Positions 9,532-20,496 of a DNA stretch of 64,000 nt are shown here, in pieces. Both the position numbers and the translations under genes were made by a program. Every line of letters starts with the position of its first letter. Position 1 is the stretch's first letter. The notes beneath the pieces were generated by a model that saw only the letters and a list, made by a program, of their open reading frames with translations, did no database searches and was not told the DNA's origin. The stretch comes from Nibricoccus sp. (GTDB lineage Bacteria > Verrucomicrobiota > Verrucomicrobiia > Opitutales > Opitutaceae). The DNA lies in NCBI GenBank assembly GCA_047602425.1, contig JASGHG010000001.1, forward strand, positions 3,520,001 to 3,584,000, written 5' to 3'.

Positions 9532-11418
9532 TTATTTTTTGGGAAGTAACACGCTGAGATCGCGAAATGCCGGTTCCAAACCGGCCGCAGCGCGGATCTT
9601 TTCGGAGACTTTCGGGCCGTTGTTCTCCCAGACGTTTCCCGGGCCTGTGGCATTTTGGAGGAATTTTTCCTCCGGACACCAATTGTCGCGCACGGTAATA
9701 AATGACGAACCTTCGTCGGTATACAAATAAAACCAGTGATCCGGACGGTCGACGTAGGGGCTCATCTTGATCTCTCCAATGCTGTTCTCGCTGACGACGG
9801 TGCCGGGCTGGGCGGAGAGGGTATAGATCGCAGCATCATCGCACATGCGGGTGGCCACGCGTTCGAAGCGGTTGGCATGAACGCGGTTTTTGCGCATGAC
9901 GTTGGGCGTGCGTGTCCAACCCCAACCAAGGCTTACGCCCATATAGGAAACGTTGGAGATTTCATTGTGTTCAATCGTGGTATCGCGGACATATCCGGCG
10001 ACGATGGCCACGCATCCCCAGTCTTCGTTGGCGCAGTCGGCGATGACGTTGTTGGCAATGCGTTCGCGCGCGCAGATCTCGCGGTCGTCTGCCGGAGCAT
10101 AGGGAAGGTGCGATTCGATGCCTGCACCTTGGAACGAACCCATTTGAATCCCATTGCCGCCGAGGTCACGAAACACGCAGCCCTCAATGACGTTGTCACG
10201 CGTGCTATTGACGAGATCCAGGCCGGACATGGCCATGTGTTCGAAGCGGCAGCGTTCGAAACGCAGATGCTGCGCGCCCGTGACGGGCACTGCAGCCGGC
10301 GCGCGGCCGGTCCACGTCTGGTTGTCCAAACTGCGCCAGTCGGGCGTGCCGGGCGGACGAAGCTTGTAAGCCTCAGTGATGAACATGCCAGCCTGCAAGG
10401 GCACGTGCCCCGCGAGCGAAGGCCGAAGCCAGGTCGTATGGCTAAAATGAATACCTTTGAGCGAAATATTCGAGACAGGACGATCGGAATTTCCGGCGAC
10501 TTCCAAGAGGTTCTCCAAGGCCGGAGCAACAACTTCGTCTCGCGTCAAATCCTCGCCCTTTCGAGGCCAGTAGTAAATGCGGTTGTTGGCCAAGTCTTGG
10601 TACCATTCTCCTGGTTCGTCGAGAAACTCGATGGAATTCGCGAGGAAAAAGGCACCACTCCCACCTTCCTGCTTCAAAATGGGCTGCGGCCAGGGATGCT
10701 CGAACTCGATTTTGCTTTCCGGTTGGTGAAAGGTTGCACGAGTCTCCGCTGTGTCGTAGGTGAGTGTATTGATGCGGAGAATACCGACGGCCCATTGCTG
10801 AGCGACGATCATTTCAATTCCGGCGGGATTCTTGATCGTATCGACGAGCGCCGGGGGGATGCCCGCCGTTTCTTTTTCACGATTCCACGAGGTGAGTCGC
10901 TCCATCGCCTCGCCATTGGGCGTGCGAGCCCGGGTTGCCTTAAGGCCATTGATCCAAAGTTGCCGGAATTCCAACGGTCGACCATTGAAAATAGGTGTAT
11001 CGGTCACCCAAATACGACTTTTTGCCGCGGACGGAAGGGTTGACGGTGTATCGTCCGCCAGTCGCCAACCGCCAATGGTCACGCCGCCACTTAAGACTGG
11101 CGTTTCGCCGGTTGCGGCCTCGATCGAGGTTCGACTGACGGCTGTGCCAGAGTCTTCCGGTCGGAGAATGATCGCGCGATCGAGTGAATATGTTCCGCCG
11201 CGCAGAAGGATCCTAATGTCGCTTTCCAGTGGTTTGGTAGCGGTTCGACGGATTTCCCGGGCCTTCCGAATTGCCGCCGCCGGTGAGGCGAGGGGAGTTT
11301 CACTGGCGCCGGATTGAGTGTCATCACCCAACGGCGACACCCAAATTTCTACGGCGGTCGCAGTGGCTGCGGCCATGGAGGACAGGAGCAGGCCCAGGCT
11401 CAACGTCGCGAATTTCAT
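9532..11418 (-). CDS. Secreted parallel beta-helix glycoside hydrolase (GH141-like)
   Basis: Signal peptide; IWVSPLGDD..G..PLAS; LRGGTY; LDEPGEWY; GVSLGWGW; DAAIYTLSAQPGT; YLYTDEGSS. Confidence 0.75.
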   Translation of the reverse strand: MKFATLSLGLLLSSMAAATATAVEIWVSPLGDDTQSGASETPLASPAAAIRKAREIRRTATKPLESDIRILLRGGTYSLDRAIILRPEDSGTAVSRTSIEAATGETPVLSGGVTIGGWRLADDTPSTLPSAAKSRIWVTDTPIFNGRPLEFRQLWINGLKATRARTPNGEAMERLTSWNREKETAGIPPALVDTIKNPAGIEMIVAQQWAVGILRINTLTYDTAETRATFHQPESKIEFEHPWPQPILKQEGGSGAFFLANSIEFLDEPGEWYQDLANNRIYYWPRKGEDLTRDEVVAPALENLLEVAGNSDRPVSNISLKGIHFSHTTWLRPSLAGHVPLQAGMFITEAYKLRPPGTPDWRSLDNQTWTGRAPAAVPVTGAQHLRFERCRFEHMAMSGLDLVNSTRDNVIEGCVFRDLGGNGIQMGSFQGAGIESHLPYAPADDREICARERIANNVIADCANEDWGCVAIVAGYVRDTTIEHNEISNVSYMGVSLGWGWTRTPNVMRKNRVHANRFERVATRMCDDAAIYTLSAQPGTVVSENSIGEIKMSPYVDRPDHWFYLYTDEGSSFITVRDNWCPEEKFLQNATGPGNVWENNGPKVSEKIRAAAGLEPAFRDLSVLLPKK

Positions 11419-12061
11419 ATAGGAAAAGATATTGAACGCCCGTTTTGCGATTGCGATGAATTGCGCTGCGCTTCTCAAGGTGGGCACGTTTTCGATGTTT
11501 GAATGTTGCTATTGGATAGGTTGGGGAAGCTGACAATATTTTGAAGCCGCGATGGTGGGGGCTGAGATAATCGAGCCGCAAATTGTTGCTGGGAATCAGC
11601 GGAGACGTTGGCTTTTCGAGATTTGTTTTGGCGATCCTCGTAAAGGCGAAAGCTCTTTGCGCCGTCATTCGAGGTAACCAAAATTGGAAATTGAAGGCTA
11701 TTCGCGCTATCTGAAGTGAAGGGAAACCGATTTATCGATGAAATAATATACGTAAAGCTTATTTCATGAAACGTCATAAGCCATACTGAATGCAGACTTT
11801 TTTCCGGCCTTCGTAGGATGTCGCGCTTGCTTCGAAAAAGGCTGAAAATTTCCTCACAGACGTGGCCCATTTTGTGGCAAACACATCGTCAAAATGTTGT
11901 CAGCGCGCGTTTTTTCCTAGGGAAAATTGGATCCGGCCGCATTCGATCGTTGCGACGAACCAATGCCGCTTCAGTTTCGTTTCTCGCTCTCGCCGCTACC
12001 AAGAACGCATATGATTTAACGGGCAAGCAATCGAGTCCGGCGAACAGGGTGGAAAAAAGAT

Positions 12062-12116
12062 TTGACATAAGGCGTTTCATGAAACACCGAAATATTGCGA
12101 TGTTTCATATGAAACA
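12062..12116 (+). promoter_or_regulatory. TBDR promoter region with TTTCA/TGAAA palindromic operators
   Basis: TTGACA at 12062; GTTTCATGAAAC (12074-12085); TGTTTCATATGAAACA (12101-12116). Confidence 0.55.
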
Positions 12117-12234
12117 ATCTTAGCCCCTTAATCAGTCCCTCCAGCTCCCCCTTCGTTAGAATTCCTCCACCGACCTCCAGATTCGTTCCCTAAGTGCGGA
12201 TTTGGACGACCAGCTAACCCTACAACCCTACGCT

Positions 12235-15200
12235 ATGCGCTCCCTACCGCCCGCACCTTCCTCCGGAAAAAGTTCCGGGGGTGTTTTGTTTACACGCTGT
12301 CTTGCGTTGTTGTTCCTGATGGTGACCACCATCGGGCTCCTCAGCCAACAAGTTCAAGCCGCCGACGTCCCAACCGGCACAATCGAAGGCCGTGTTCTCA
12401 ATCTAAGCAACGGCCGCTATCTCAGCAAGGCCCTCGTCAAGGTTGAAGGTACCACCATTGAGACACTTACCAACGATTTCGGCGAATACACACTGCGTGA
12501 AGTACCGGCCGGTGCAGTTAAGATTACTGTATTTTACACTGGTCAAGAACCCAAGACCGCTGATGTGACAGTCGAGGCAGGGAAGACCGCTGAAAAAGAT
12601 ATTGGCCTTAGCCAAGGCAAAGCGCTTGCCGAAGATGGTACCGTGGTTTTGGACGCATATGTCGTCGCGCAGCAGCGGTTCCGAAATGCTCAAGAAATCG
12701 CGATCAACGAGGAACGTAGTTCCACCACTATCAAGAGTGTTGTGGCCGCGGACTCGCTGGGTCACATTCCGGATGGCAACATTGGTGAATTCGTCCGTTT
12801 CATGCCTGGTATCGACGTTGGTTATGGCGGCACCTATGTAAACGGCGCGGACGCATCCAGTATTTCGGTGCGTGGTTTCGGCCCGGAAAACACCTCGATC
12901 ATGATCGACGGCATGCCGGTTTCCAGTCCCTCGCCTGCATCGCTAACACGTGCGGTCAGCTTGGACATGCTCTCGATTAACAATGCCTCACGTATTGAAG
13001 TGAACAAAGTGGCCACGGCCGACATGCCGGCTGACTCGCCAGGTGGTTCGATCAATCTTATCACCAAAAGCGCGTTCGAATATGCACGCCCGGACATCAA
13101 TGTCGAATTGAACGCAACCTTCAATACGATGGATATGAAATTCTTCCACAAACAGCCCGGCCCGATCAACAAGAAGACCTATCACACAATTCCTGGCGGC
13201 CGCGTGAGCGTGGCGATTCCCTTAACCAAGGACCTTGGTTTTAGCGTGACGGTTGCTTCTGACAATAAGTTCCAACCGAACCAAAAAGCTGCCCCCGTTT
13301 GGCTGTCGACCAACTCGACCACTACGATCGTAAATTCAGTCGGCATGGTGGGTGTTGCTAATCCGTTTATGCGCCGCTTCGATGTTACCGACGCTCCGTG
13401 GAATACATTCAAACAATCCGGCAATATCAGGTTAGACTGGCGAGCTATTCCGGGTCTGACTATTAACACCAATTATCAATACTCTCGATACACAGGCGTT
13501 AACGTCTCTCGGCGGCTCCAGTACTCAATCGAGCGCCCGGCTGATTGGGATGCTTCATATGTAAGTGGTCGACCTCTTGCGACTGACGGATCCAGCAAAG
13601 CTGCTATGAATGCCGACGCGCGCGACAAAGAGGGCGATACACAAACTGCATACATTAAGGCCGTCTTCACAAAAGGACCGTGGAGCATTGACGCGTACGC
13701 GAGCCGTTCGCTTGCCCGTGGCCGTTTTGATGACGTAGCCAATGGACATTTTTCAGGGTACGATCTTTCGTTGAACAACATCGGCCATGTGGTCTTTGGC
13801 GGTATCGAAGATGGCGTTCCCGCGGGCATTAAGATTTTTAATCGCACCGGGCAGGAGCTTGATTATACCCGTCTCGCCAATTGGTCGATCGACAATGTGA
13901 CGACATTGGATGCCAAGAGCGGTGAAGCTTTTCAACGCGATACGACCGACAATATGGCGCTCAATATTCGCCGTGAATTGGATTTCCTTCCATGGAAAAT
14001 GGGTGTGAAATTTGGTGGGCAGCGGCAGGTGAAGGACCAGAAAAAGTGGGGGCGTGGAACCGGCTGGCGAACCCGCTATGTCGGACCGACGTTGAATGCC
14101 TTGGATATTCTTGATGATAGCTATGAAGTCTCCCCGGGTTTTGGCTACCCGGCACAGCAATGGGCAGACACCTATAAACTCTACCAACTGTTCCAAGCGC
14201 ATCCTGAATACTTCAGTGACACCCGCCTTCCCGTCACCCTTTCTGAAAACTGGAATAGCCTCATTGCCCAGAAAAAAGCCGTGAAGGAATCTTCGGACTC
14301 GCTCTATGCCATGTTCGACGGCGACCTTTTCAAAAATCGCCTCAAATGGTCTGGTGGTGCACGCCGCAAGTTTGCCAAAGTCGTCGGTTATCTTCCTTAC
14401 ACAGAAGGAGACAATACTTATCGTTTGCTCAAACGTGCGGATCATAGCGTTTACAGAGACGACGTTTACACCAATGGAATTATGATCAATGGCGGCAATA
14501 CCACCTACTCGACTGGCGCAGGCACCGCGGTGGCCACTTGGGGGGCGGTCTGGTCGGATACGGCCTTGACCTCGCGTCTTGCCGCAGCAGGTATTTCGCT
14601 GCCGGGACAGCCCCTGTGGGCGCACAATGCGTTGGACAATTCAATTATAACCACCACTCCGGGTACCTGGCAGAACAACTTGGAATTGGCTCAGGCACGT
14701 CGTTACACCAAGGATGTCAAGAAAGGCCGTTGGGATCCCGTAACCCCAGTGTTCGCTTTATCCTATAAGGTTACTGAGAATTTCGATGCGAAGCTCTCGT
14801 GGTCCCGCGAAACCAAGCTGGCGGACCTTGAGAGTGGAAACTCAGCGGGTTATATTTCCAATGCCACGGTTACTACCGTTGACGGATTCCCTCGGATCAA
14901 TGTTTCCAATCCAGGTTTGAACCCGGAGAAGACCAACTCCATCAATTTGGCTCTCGCTTATTACACCAAGAAAGGAGGTAGCTATTCTGTGAGCGGCTAC
15001 TACAAGAGGATGCAGAACGAATGGGAGGACATCGTACTGGATGCTACTTCTGATGAAGGTGCAGAATTGGCCCGCTCCGTCGGGTTTGATCCTACCACTC
15101 TAGAACCGGGTACTACGATCGCCACCAAACAAAACGGGACGGCAAGTGGGTCGTCCAAGACCGGTCTCGAAGTGGAAATTCGCCAGAATTTGTCGATCTT

Positions 15201-15660
15201 GGGCTCGTGGGCTGAAGGGCTCGATACTTTCGCGACTTACTCTTACAAGAAGCACGCTACCTTTAGTTATAACACTGCGATTATTAACAAAATGCCTGGC
15301 ATTTCCCAAGATAAGTATTCTTGGGGACTCTCTTATAGCAACAAGCGCCTGACCGTGCAGGCCCGTGGTACTTACGCTACTGCTACCTACGATAAGAACA
15401 CTACGCGTGCTTGGAGAGGTACAACTCAGAACGTCCAGCTCTTTAACTATAGAGGGCCGGAATACCGGATCAACGTCGAAGCATACTATCGCATCTCGGA
15501 GAAATATAGCGTGTTTATCAGCGCGAGCGATCTATACCGATCCAAGATTCGTTCGACCGTGCGCGATTTGGGCACGGACATTATGCCCAGGTATGCTTGG
15601 TCTAACGGTCTCACTAACTACGGCGCGACTGTTACCACTGGCGTGACGGGTAAATTCTAA
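12235..15660 (+). CDS. TonB-dependent receptor with N-terminal carboxypeptidase-regulatory-like domain
   Basis: GTIEGRV...TNDFGEY, plug motifs (IPDGNIGE, SISVRGFG, RIEVNK...GGSINL), NPGLNPE, C-terminal Phe. Confidence 0.92.
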   Translation: MRSLPPAPSSGKSSGGVLFTRCLALLFLMVTTIGLLSQQVQAADVPTGTIEGRVLNLSNGRYLSKALVKVEGTTIETLTNDFGEYTLREVPAGAVKITVFYTGQEPKTADVTVEAGKTAEKDIGLSQGKALAEDGTVVLDAYVVAQQRFRNAQEIAINEERSSTTIKSVVAADSLGHIPDGNIGEFVRFMPGIDVGYGGTYVNGADASSISVRGFGPENTSIMIDGMPVSSPSPASLTRAVSLDMLSINNASRIEVNKVATADMPADSPGGSINLITKSAFEYARPDINVELNATFNTMDMKFFHKQPGPINKKTYHTIPGGRVSVAIPLTKDLGFSVTVASDNKFQPNQKAAPVWLSTNSTTTIVNSVGMVGVANPFMRRFDVTDAPWNTFKQSGNIRLDWRAIPGLTINTNYQYSRYTGVNVSRRLQYSIERPADWDASYVSGRPLATDGSSKAAMNADARDKEGDTQTAYIKAVFTKGPWSIDAYASRSLARGRFDDVANGHFSGYDLSLNNIGHVVFGGIEDGVPAGIKIFNRTGQELDYTRLANWSIDNVTTLDAKSGEAFQRDTTDNMALNIRRELDFLPWKMGVKFGGQRQVKDQKKWGRGTGWRTRYVGPTLNALDILDDSYEVSPGFGYPAQQWADTYKLYQLFQAHPEYFSDTRLPVTLSENWNSLIAQKKAVKESSDSLYAMFDGDLFKNRLKWSGGARRKFAKVVGYLPYTEGDNTYRLLKRADHSVYRDDVYTNGIMINGGNTTYSTGAGTAVATWGAVWSDTALTSRLAAAGISLPGQPLWAHNALDNSIITTTPGTWQNNLELAQARRYTKDVKKGRWDPVTPVFALSYKVTENFDAKLSWSRETKLADLESGNSAGYISNATVTTVDGFPRINVSNPGLNPEKTNSINLALAYYTKKGGSYSVSGYYKRMQNEWEDIVLDATSDEGAELARSVGFDPTTLEPGTTIATKQNGTASGSSKTGLEVEIRQNLSILGSWAEGLDTFATYSYKKHATFSYNTAIINKMPGISQDKYSWGLSYSNKRLTVQARGTYATATYDKNTTRAWRGTTQNVQLFNYRGPEYRINVEAYYRISEKYSVFISASDLYRSKIRSTVRDLGTDIMPRYAWSNGLTNYGATVTTGVTGKF

Positions 15661-15682
15661 CGACTACGTACATTTCTGTTTT

Positions 15683-15712
15683 AAAGCCCGGCCTGCATAG
15701 GCCGGGCTTTTT
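15683..15712 (+). terminator. Rho-independent terminator after the TBDR
   Basis: AAAGCCCGGCCT-GCAT-AGGCCGGGCTTTTT. Confidence 0.88.
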
Positions 15713-15805
15713 CTGTAATCTTCTGAAGTGTTGCGAATTTTTGTCCAACGTTGTCACCATGCGGTTTGTTTTGCGTCGCGACCCTGTTGGATTGATATTT
15801 GAGAA

Positions 15806-18142
15806 ATGATACCGTCGACTCGCATTCAACGCCTCGGCTTTCGTAGGCCGGAAGCATGGGTTGGAGGGCTGGCGTTGTTGGTGATTGGAATCTATTGGAA
15901 CTCGCTTTGCGTACCATTCCTCTTCGACGACAATTCCTCAATTGCGGAGAACGCGAGCTTGCGGTCTTTTCGCACGGCATTTTCTCCTCCCGCGGGTAGC
16001 GGCGTGACAGTAAGCGGTAGGCCAATGTTAAATGCTTCTTTTGCGATAAATTATGCTGTCGGTGGAACTAATGTGCGAAGTTACCACATCTTCAACATAG
16101 GTCTTCATATCCTTAATGCATGTATACTGTTTGGGTTATTGCAGAAGATACTACGGTTGCAGCAATTGCAGGGCGTTTTTGCCGGTTTAGAAACCTGGCT
16201 TGCAGGCTTGATCACATTAACTTGGGCTGTCCATCCTCTACAAACGGAATCAGTGACCTACATCGTTCAGCGGGCAGAGGCTTTAGTAAGTTTGTTCTAT
16301 TTGTTAACATTCTATTGTTTTATTTCTTCGATTAATTCGACGCGGGAACAGATGTGGTTGTTTGGGTCAGTATTGTCATGCGCCGCGGGCATGGCATCTA
16401 AGGAAGTGATGGCGACTGCACCGATTGCGCTGATCGGCTTTGACGCTGTTTTTGTGGCAGGTTCCTTCCAGCTGACTTGGCGCGTGCGTCGGTGTTTTTA
16501 CATCGCTATGTTTTCGACATGGACGATCTTGGTCGGATGTGTCTTAAACAGCGGTCTACGCGGGGGCACTGTCGGCGCAGGCCCTGACACGGCTTGGAAA
16601 TATCTTCTCACGCAAGTGGAAATGATACCCCGTTATTTTTATTTAACAATTTGGCCCAATGAATTAGTTTTTGATTATGGGAAAAATTTAGTAAGTGGAA
16701 TAGCAGAGGTTTGGCGAGGGCTAATGTTGCTGACGATTCTAGTGCCGACGATCATTTGGACTTGGGCGAAGCAACCAAAGCTTGGCTGGGTTGCATGTAT
16801 GCCCTTCGTTCTGCTTGCACCAAGCTCAAGTATTGTACCGGTAGTAAGTCAAACTGCAGCAGAACACCGAATGTATCTAGCTTTGGCACCCGTTGTAGTT
16901 TTGGCTTTTCTGCTATTATTCCAAATCTTACGTGCGCGGGCATTTTGGGCTGGCCTTGCTATCGTTGGTACTCTTTCGGCACTCACCGTTCAAAGAAATG
17001 GTGACTATCAAACTGCGGAATCCCTGTGGAAGGATACGGTTGAAAAGCGTCCTAACAATGCCCGTGCTTGGCTGTCACTTGCATTGACCTACCTGGAGGG
17101 GGATCATTTCATTGATGCTAAAGCTGCTTTGGAGCATGCAATGCAGCTTGAGCCTAATAGCGTTATTATCGGAGCAGACTACGCTCAGGTTCTCGCGAAA
17201 TTGGGAGAGTATGAACGTGCTGAGGAAATGTATAGGTGGGCTTTGCGCGAGAAACCCGACGACTATGCAACTTGCTTCAACTTTGGAACGATGTTGCTGG
17301 AGCTAAATCGCAATAGGGAAGCAGAAGAATGGCTGAAACGTAGTCTCGCTGACAGCAAACTGGCTGCCAAAGCTCACTACAACCTCGGCAACTGCCAAAT
17401 AGCTCTGGAAAAAACAGACGACGCTATGACGAATTTTCGGCGAGCTATTGCGTTAAACCCTGGTTTTTGTGACGCGAGGTCTAACTTGGCGTCCGCACTA
17501 ACAAAAGTAGGCAAGGCAAGGGAGGCTTTGGATGAAATCGGAGCTGCAATTCAAGCCGGATGTGACACACCTACGTTGCGAAGAAATCGAGCATTGGCCC
17601 TAATCGCAACGGGCAACGTCATGGAGGCGGTCGGTATCTTGCAGCATCTGGTCGAAAAAGATACCGCGGACGCTAGCTTGTATGCAGACTTGGGCCTTGC
17701 GCTCGCAAGTTTTGGGAAAGCTGAAGACGCAATCGCGAGATATCAGACAGCGATTGATAAAGGTTATGGTAGGACTATTCCTGCACAGGCGAGGGCGATC
17801 CGGGTGAGTCTTGCATCTTTGCTGCAAAGTGTAGGGAAGTATAATGAAGCCGCACAGATGTATTTACAGACTCTTGAGCTCGATCCAACAAATGTGGAAC
17901 TGGAGTATTTGGCGGGTCGGGCGCTTTTGTTGGCTGGTCGATATGCAGAGGCGTCGTCTCGGCTTGAAGCCGTTGTCGCACGCACCAATTCTACGGCGGA
18001 AATGCTCAACGATTTAGGCGTTAGTTATTCGGGGCAAAGGCGAACAGAGGAAGCGAAGGGGCTTTTTGAGCGCGCACTTAAAATAAATCCTTACTATACG
18101 GAGGCTCGCGAAAATCTGGCTTCACTACAATCAGGACAATGA
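15806..18142 (+). CDS. TMTC-like GT-C membrane protein with C-terminal TPR repeats (copy 1)
   Basis: FLFDD loop, GRP, HPLQTESVTYIVQRAE, SKE, AEHRMY, multiple TM segments, then TPRs (AHYNLGN, ARSNLA). Confidence 0.8.
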   Translation: MIPSTRIQRLGFRRPEAWVGGLALLVIGIYWNSLCVPFLFDDNSSIAENASLRSFRTAFSPPAGSGVTVSGRPMLNASFAINYAVGGTNVRSYHIFNIGLHILNACILFGLLQKILRLQQLQGVFAGLETWLAGLITLTWAVHPLQTESVTYIVQRAEALVSLFYLLTFYCFISSINSTREQMWLFGSVLSCAAGMASKEVMATAPIALIGFDAVFVAGSFQLTWRVRRCFYIAMFSTWTILVGCVLNSGLRGGTVGAGPDTAWKYLLTQVEMIPRYFYLTIWPNELVFDYGKNLVSGIAEVWRGLMLLTILVPTIIWTWAKQPKLGWVACMPFVLLAPSSSIVPVVSQTAAEHRMYLALAPVVVLAFLLLFQILRARAFWAGLAIVGTLSALTVQRNGDYQTAESLWKDTVEKRPNNARAWLSLALTYLEGDHFIDAKAALEHAMQLEPNSVIIGADYAQVLAKLGEYERAEEMYRWALREKPDDYATCFNFGTMLLELNRNREAEEWLKRSLADSKLAAKAHYNLGNCQIALEKTDDAMTNFRRAIALNPGFCDARSNLASALTKVGKAREALDEIGAAIQAGCDTPTLRRNRALALIATGNVMEAVGILQHLVEKDTADASLYADLGLALASFGKAEDAIARYQTAIDKGYGRTIPAQARAIRVSLASLLQSVGKYNEAAQMYLQTLELDPTNVELEYLAGRALLLAGRYAEASSRLEAVVARTNSTAEMLNDLGVSYSGQRRTEEAKGLFERALKINPYYTEARENLASLQSGQ

Positions 18143-20496
18143 AAAGGGTCAAAGTGAAGATTTATCGTCTCGAGCGCTTGGATGCTATTTTTCGAAGGTT
18201 CACGTTTGTTCCATCTGTAGTAATAGCCTTAGTACTGATCCTGACGTACGCGAACACATTCAACGTTCCCTTTCTTTTTGACGATATTCTTTCGATTCCC
18301 AACAATCCCAGTATCAGGTCACTGAAAACGGCTTTATTTCCCCCGGGAGAGTTGGGTCTAACTGTAGGGGGACGGCCGATTCTTAATCTAACATTCGCTC
18401 TAAACTACCTGATTGGAGGAAATAATTTAGTAGTTCTCCATATTACAAATTTGGCCATTCATCTACTTGTGGCGTTATTGATTCAAGGTTCGATTCGTAG
18501 GGTTCTTTCATTGCCTCTTTTTGACGAACGTTTCAGAAGTCATGCGGCTACTGTTGCTTTTTGCACAGCGCTACTGTGGGGTACTCATCCGCTTCAAACA
18601 GAATCTGTAACTTATATAGTGCAGCGAGCGGAGAGTTTCTCATCTTTATTGTACGTTTTGACATTATATTGTTTTATCAGATCGGGTATTGACGGAGGGA
18701 AGGATTCCCAATGGTGGTTGGTTGGCAGTGTGACGACCTGCTTTTTAGGCATGGGGACCAAAGAGACGATGGCCTCTGCGCCGATATTTGTCTTATTGTT
18801 CGATCGAGCCTTCGTTAGCGGCTCATTTGCTCAAGCCTGGCGAGCACGCAAATGGTATTACGTGGGCTTGGCGAGTACATGGCTATTTATTGTTTATTGT
18901 GTATTGGGTGCTGGAGGGCGGGCGACTACCGCGGGCTTTCAGTTGGGAATAGCGTGGTGGGATTATCTATTGACGCAATGTTTTGCTCAAGGGCGCTATT
19001 TTAGATTGTTCCTTTTGCCGTTTGGTCAAATTTTCGATTATGGACGACCATTGGTCAGTGAAGCTAGCTCCATCGCATTTCCTGGTCTCGCCGTCATAGC
19101 AGCATCGTTTCTATCTTTATATGCACTTGTGAAGAGACCCCGGATTGGAATATTGGGGTTCGGATATTTTGCGGTGCACGCGCCGACGTTGTTGATTCCT
19201 GTCGTTACTCAAACGATAGCGGAACATAGAATGTATTTCCCTCTTGGATTGTTGATTTTTGCCTTTGTATTGGTGATATACGGAAGGTTTGGCCAACGCG
19301 CGGTACCATATTTTCTGGCGGTTTCATTGGCTTGGGGAATCACATCATTCTTGCGCAATAGAGATTATAGTACGATAGATCGGCTCTGGTTGGATACCGT
19401 CTCGAAAGTCCCGCAAAATAGTCGTGCGTGGCATTCAATCGGGCAGCAGCAGATGGCTCGAAAGGAATGGACCGCTGCTGAGGAAACACTTAAGCGTGCA
19501 CTGACCCTGCGGCCGAATGACTTTTTGGTGAAACAAGACCTAGCAACGGTATTAATCGCATTAGGCAAAATGGAGGAAGCGTCAGCTTGCTATAGAGACA
19601 TACTGGCATCTTTACCAAAAGACTTTAATCAAATATATAAAATTCGTGAGGATCTTGCGCTTCTATTGGAACAAACTGCCCATTTTGATGAAGCGATTGA
19701 TGAACTCGCAAAGGCATTAGAGGAATCACCGGAAAAAAAACGTCTACGCCTGGTAATTGGACACGTTATGGCGAGAGGAGGTCGACGAACAGACGCGAAG
19801 CGCTTGTTTTATGCGGTAACGTCTGAAAATTCTAAGTGTGAGGATAGCTGGATCGAATATGCTTCTGCGTTGATGGAAATGGGGGAGCCTCTTGCTGCTG
19901 TCGAACTGCTACATGAAGCGGAGAAAATATTACCAGGTTCGTTGGAACTGAGACGCGCGTTGGGCGTGGCATTGCAAACGGCTGGCCGCAATGAAGAAAG
20001 TATCAGTATATTAACGGAGTGTATACAACGTAAACCGAATTGGGGAGAGGCTCTATTTAACTTGGGTGTATCTAAATTGAACCTCCGCCAAGGGGAGGAA
20101 GCGGAAAAGTATTTTTTTGCTGCAGAAATGAACGGGGTTTTCACGCCCGCCTTGCAAGCTGCTTGGGGCCGCGCGGCGTTGGGACAAGGACGCGAGCAGG
20201 AGGCGATCCGGCGACTGACGAAAGCAGTAGATTCAATGGTAATGGATTGGGAAAATCGGTATATTCTGGCAAACTTGCTGCTGTCTCACGGCGCAGCTGA
20301 AAAAGCGGTTGGGCATTACGAAAAAGTAATCGCTCGCAGGCCCAACCACGTGAACGCGCACAACGAATTGGGCGTGGCTTATCTGGAATTAGGACGAAAA
20401 GCAGATGCACGACGGGAGTTTGAAACTACCCTCAAGTTGCAGCCGTCTAACGAGGACGCACTAGCAAACTTAAAAGACTTGGACGCACAGCCATGA
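18139..20496 (+). CDS. TMTC-like GT-C membrane protein with C-terminal TPR repeats (copy 2)
   Basis: FLFDD, HPLQTESVTYIVQRAE, TKE, AEHRMY and TPRs; ATGA overlap with copy 1. Confidence 0.8.
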   Translation: MKRVKVKIYRLERLDAIFRRFTFVPSVVIALVLILTYANTFNVPFLFDDILSIPNNPSIRSLKTALFPPGELGLTVGGRPILNLTFALNYLIGGNNLVVLHITNLAIHLLVALLIQGSIRRVLSLPLFDERFRSHAATVAFCTALLWGTHPLQTESVTYIVQRAESFSSLLYVLTLYCFIRSGIDGGKDSQWWLVGSVTTCFLGMGTKETMASAPIFVLLFDRAFVSGSFAQAWRARKWYYVGLASTWLFIVYCVLGAGGRATTAGFQLGIAWWDYLLTQCFAQGRYFRLFLLPFGQIFDYGRPLVSEASSIAFPGLAVIAASFLSLYALVKRPRIGILGFGYFAVHAPTLLIPVVTQTIAEHRMYFPLGLLIFAFVLVIYGRFGQRAVPYFLAVSLAWGITSFLRNRDYSTIDRLWLDTVSKVPQNSRAWHSIGQQQMARKEWTAAEETLKRALTLRPNDFLVKQDLATVLIALGKMEEASACYRDILASLPKDFNQIYKIREDLALLLEQTAHFDEAIDELAKALEESPEKKRLRLVIGHVMARGGRRTDAKRLFYAVTSENSKCEDSWIEYASALMEMGEPLAAVELLHEAEKILPGSLELRRALGVALQTAGRNEESISILTECIQRKPNWGEALFNLGVSKLNLRQGEEAEKYFFAAEMNGVFTPALQAAWGRAALGQGREQEAIRRLTKAVDSMVMDWENRYILANLLLSHGAAEKAVGHYEKVIARRPNHVNAHNELGVAYLELGRKADARREFETTLKLQPSNEDALANLKDLDAQP

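Noticed and set aside
11870..11915. c-di-GMP-I riboswitch (GGCAAAC motif)
   Set aside because: Lacks the GNRA-capped P2 stem and the downstream GCAAAG/P3 elements.
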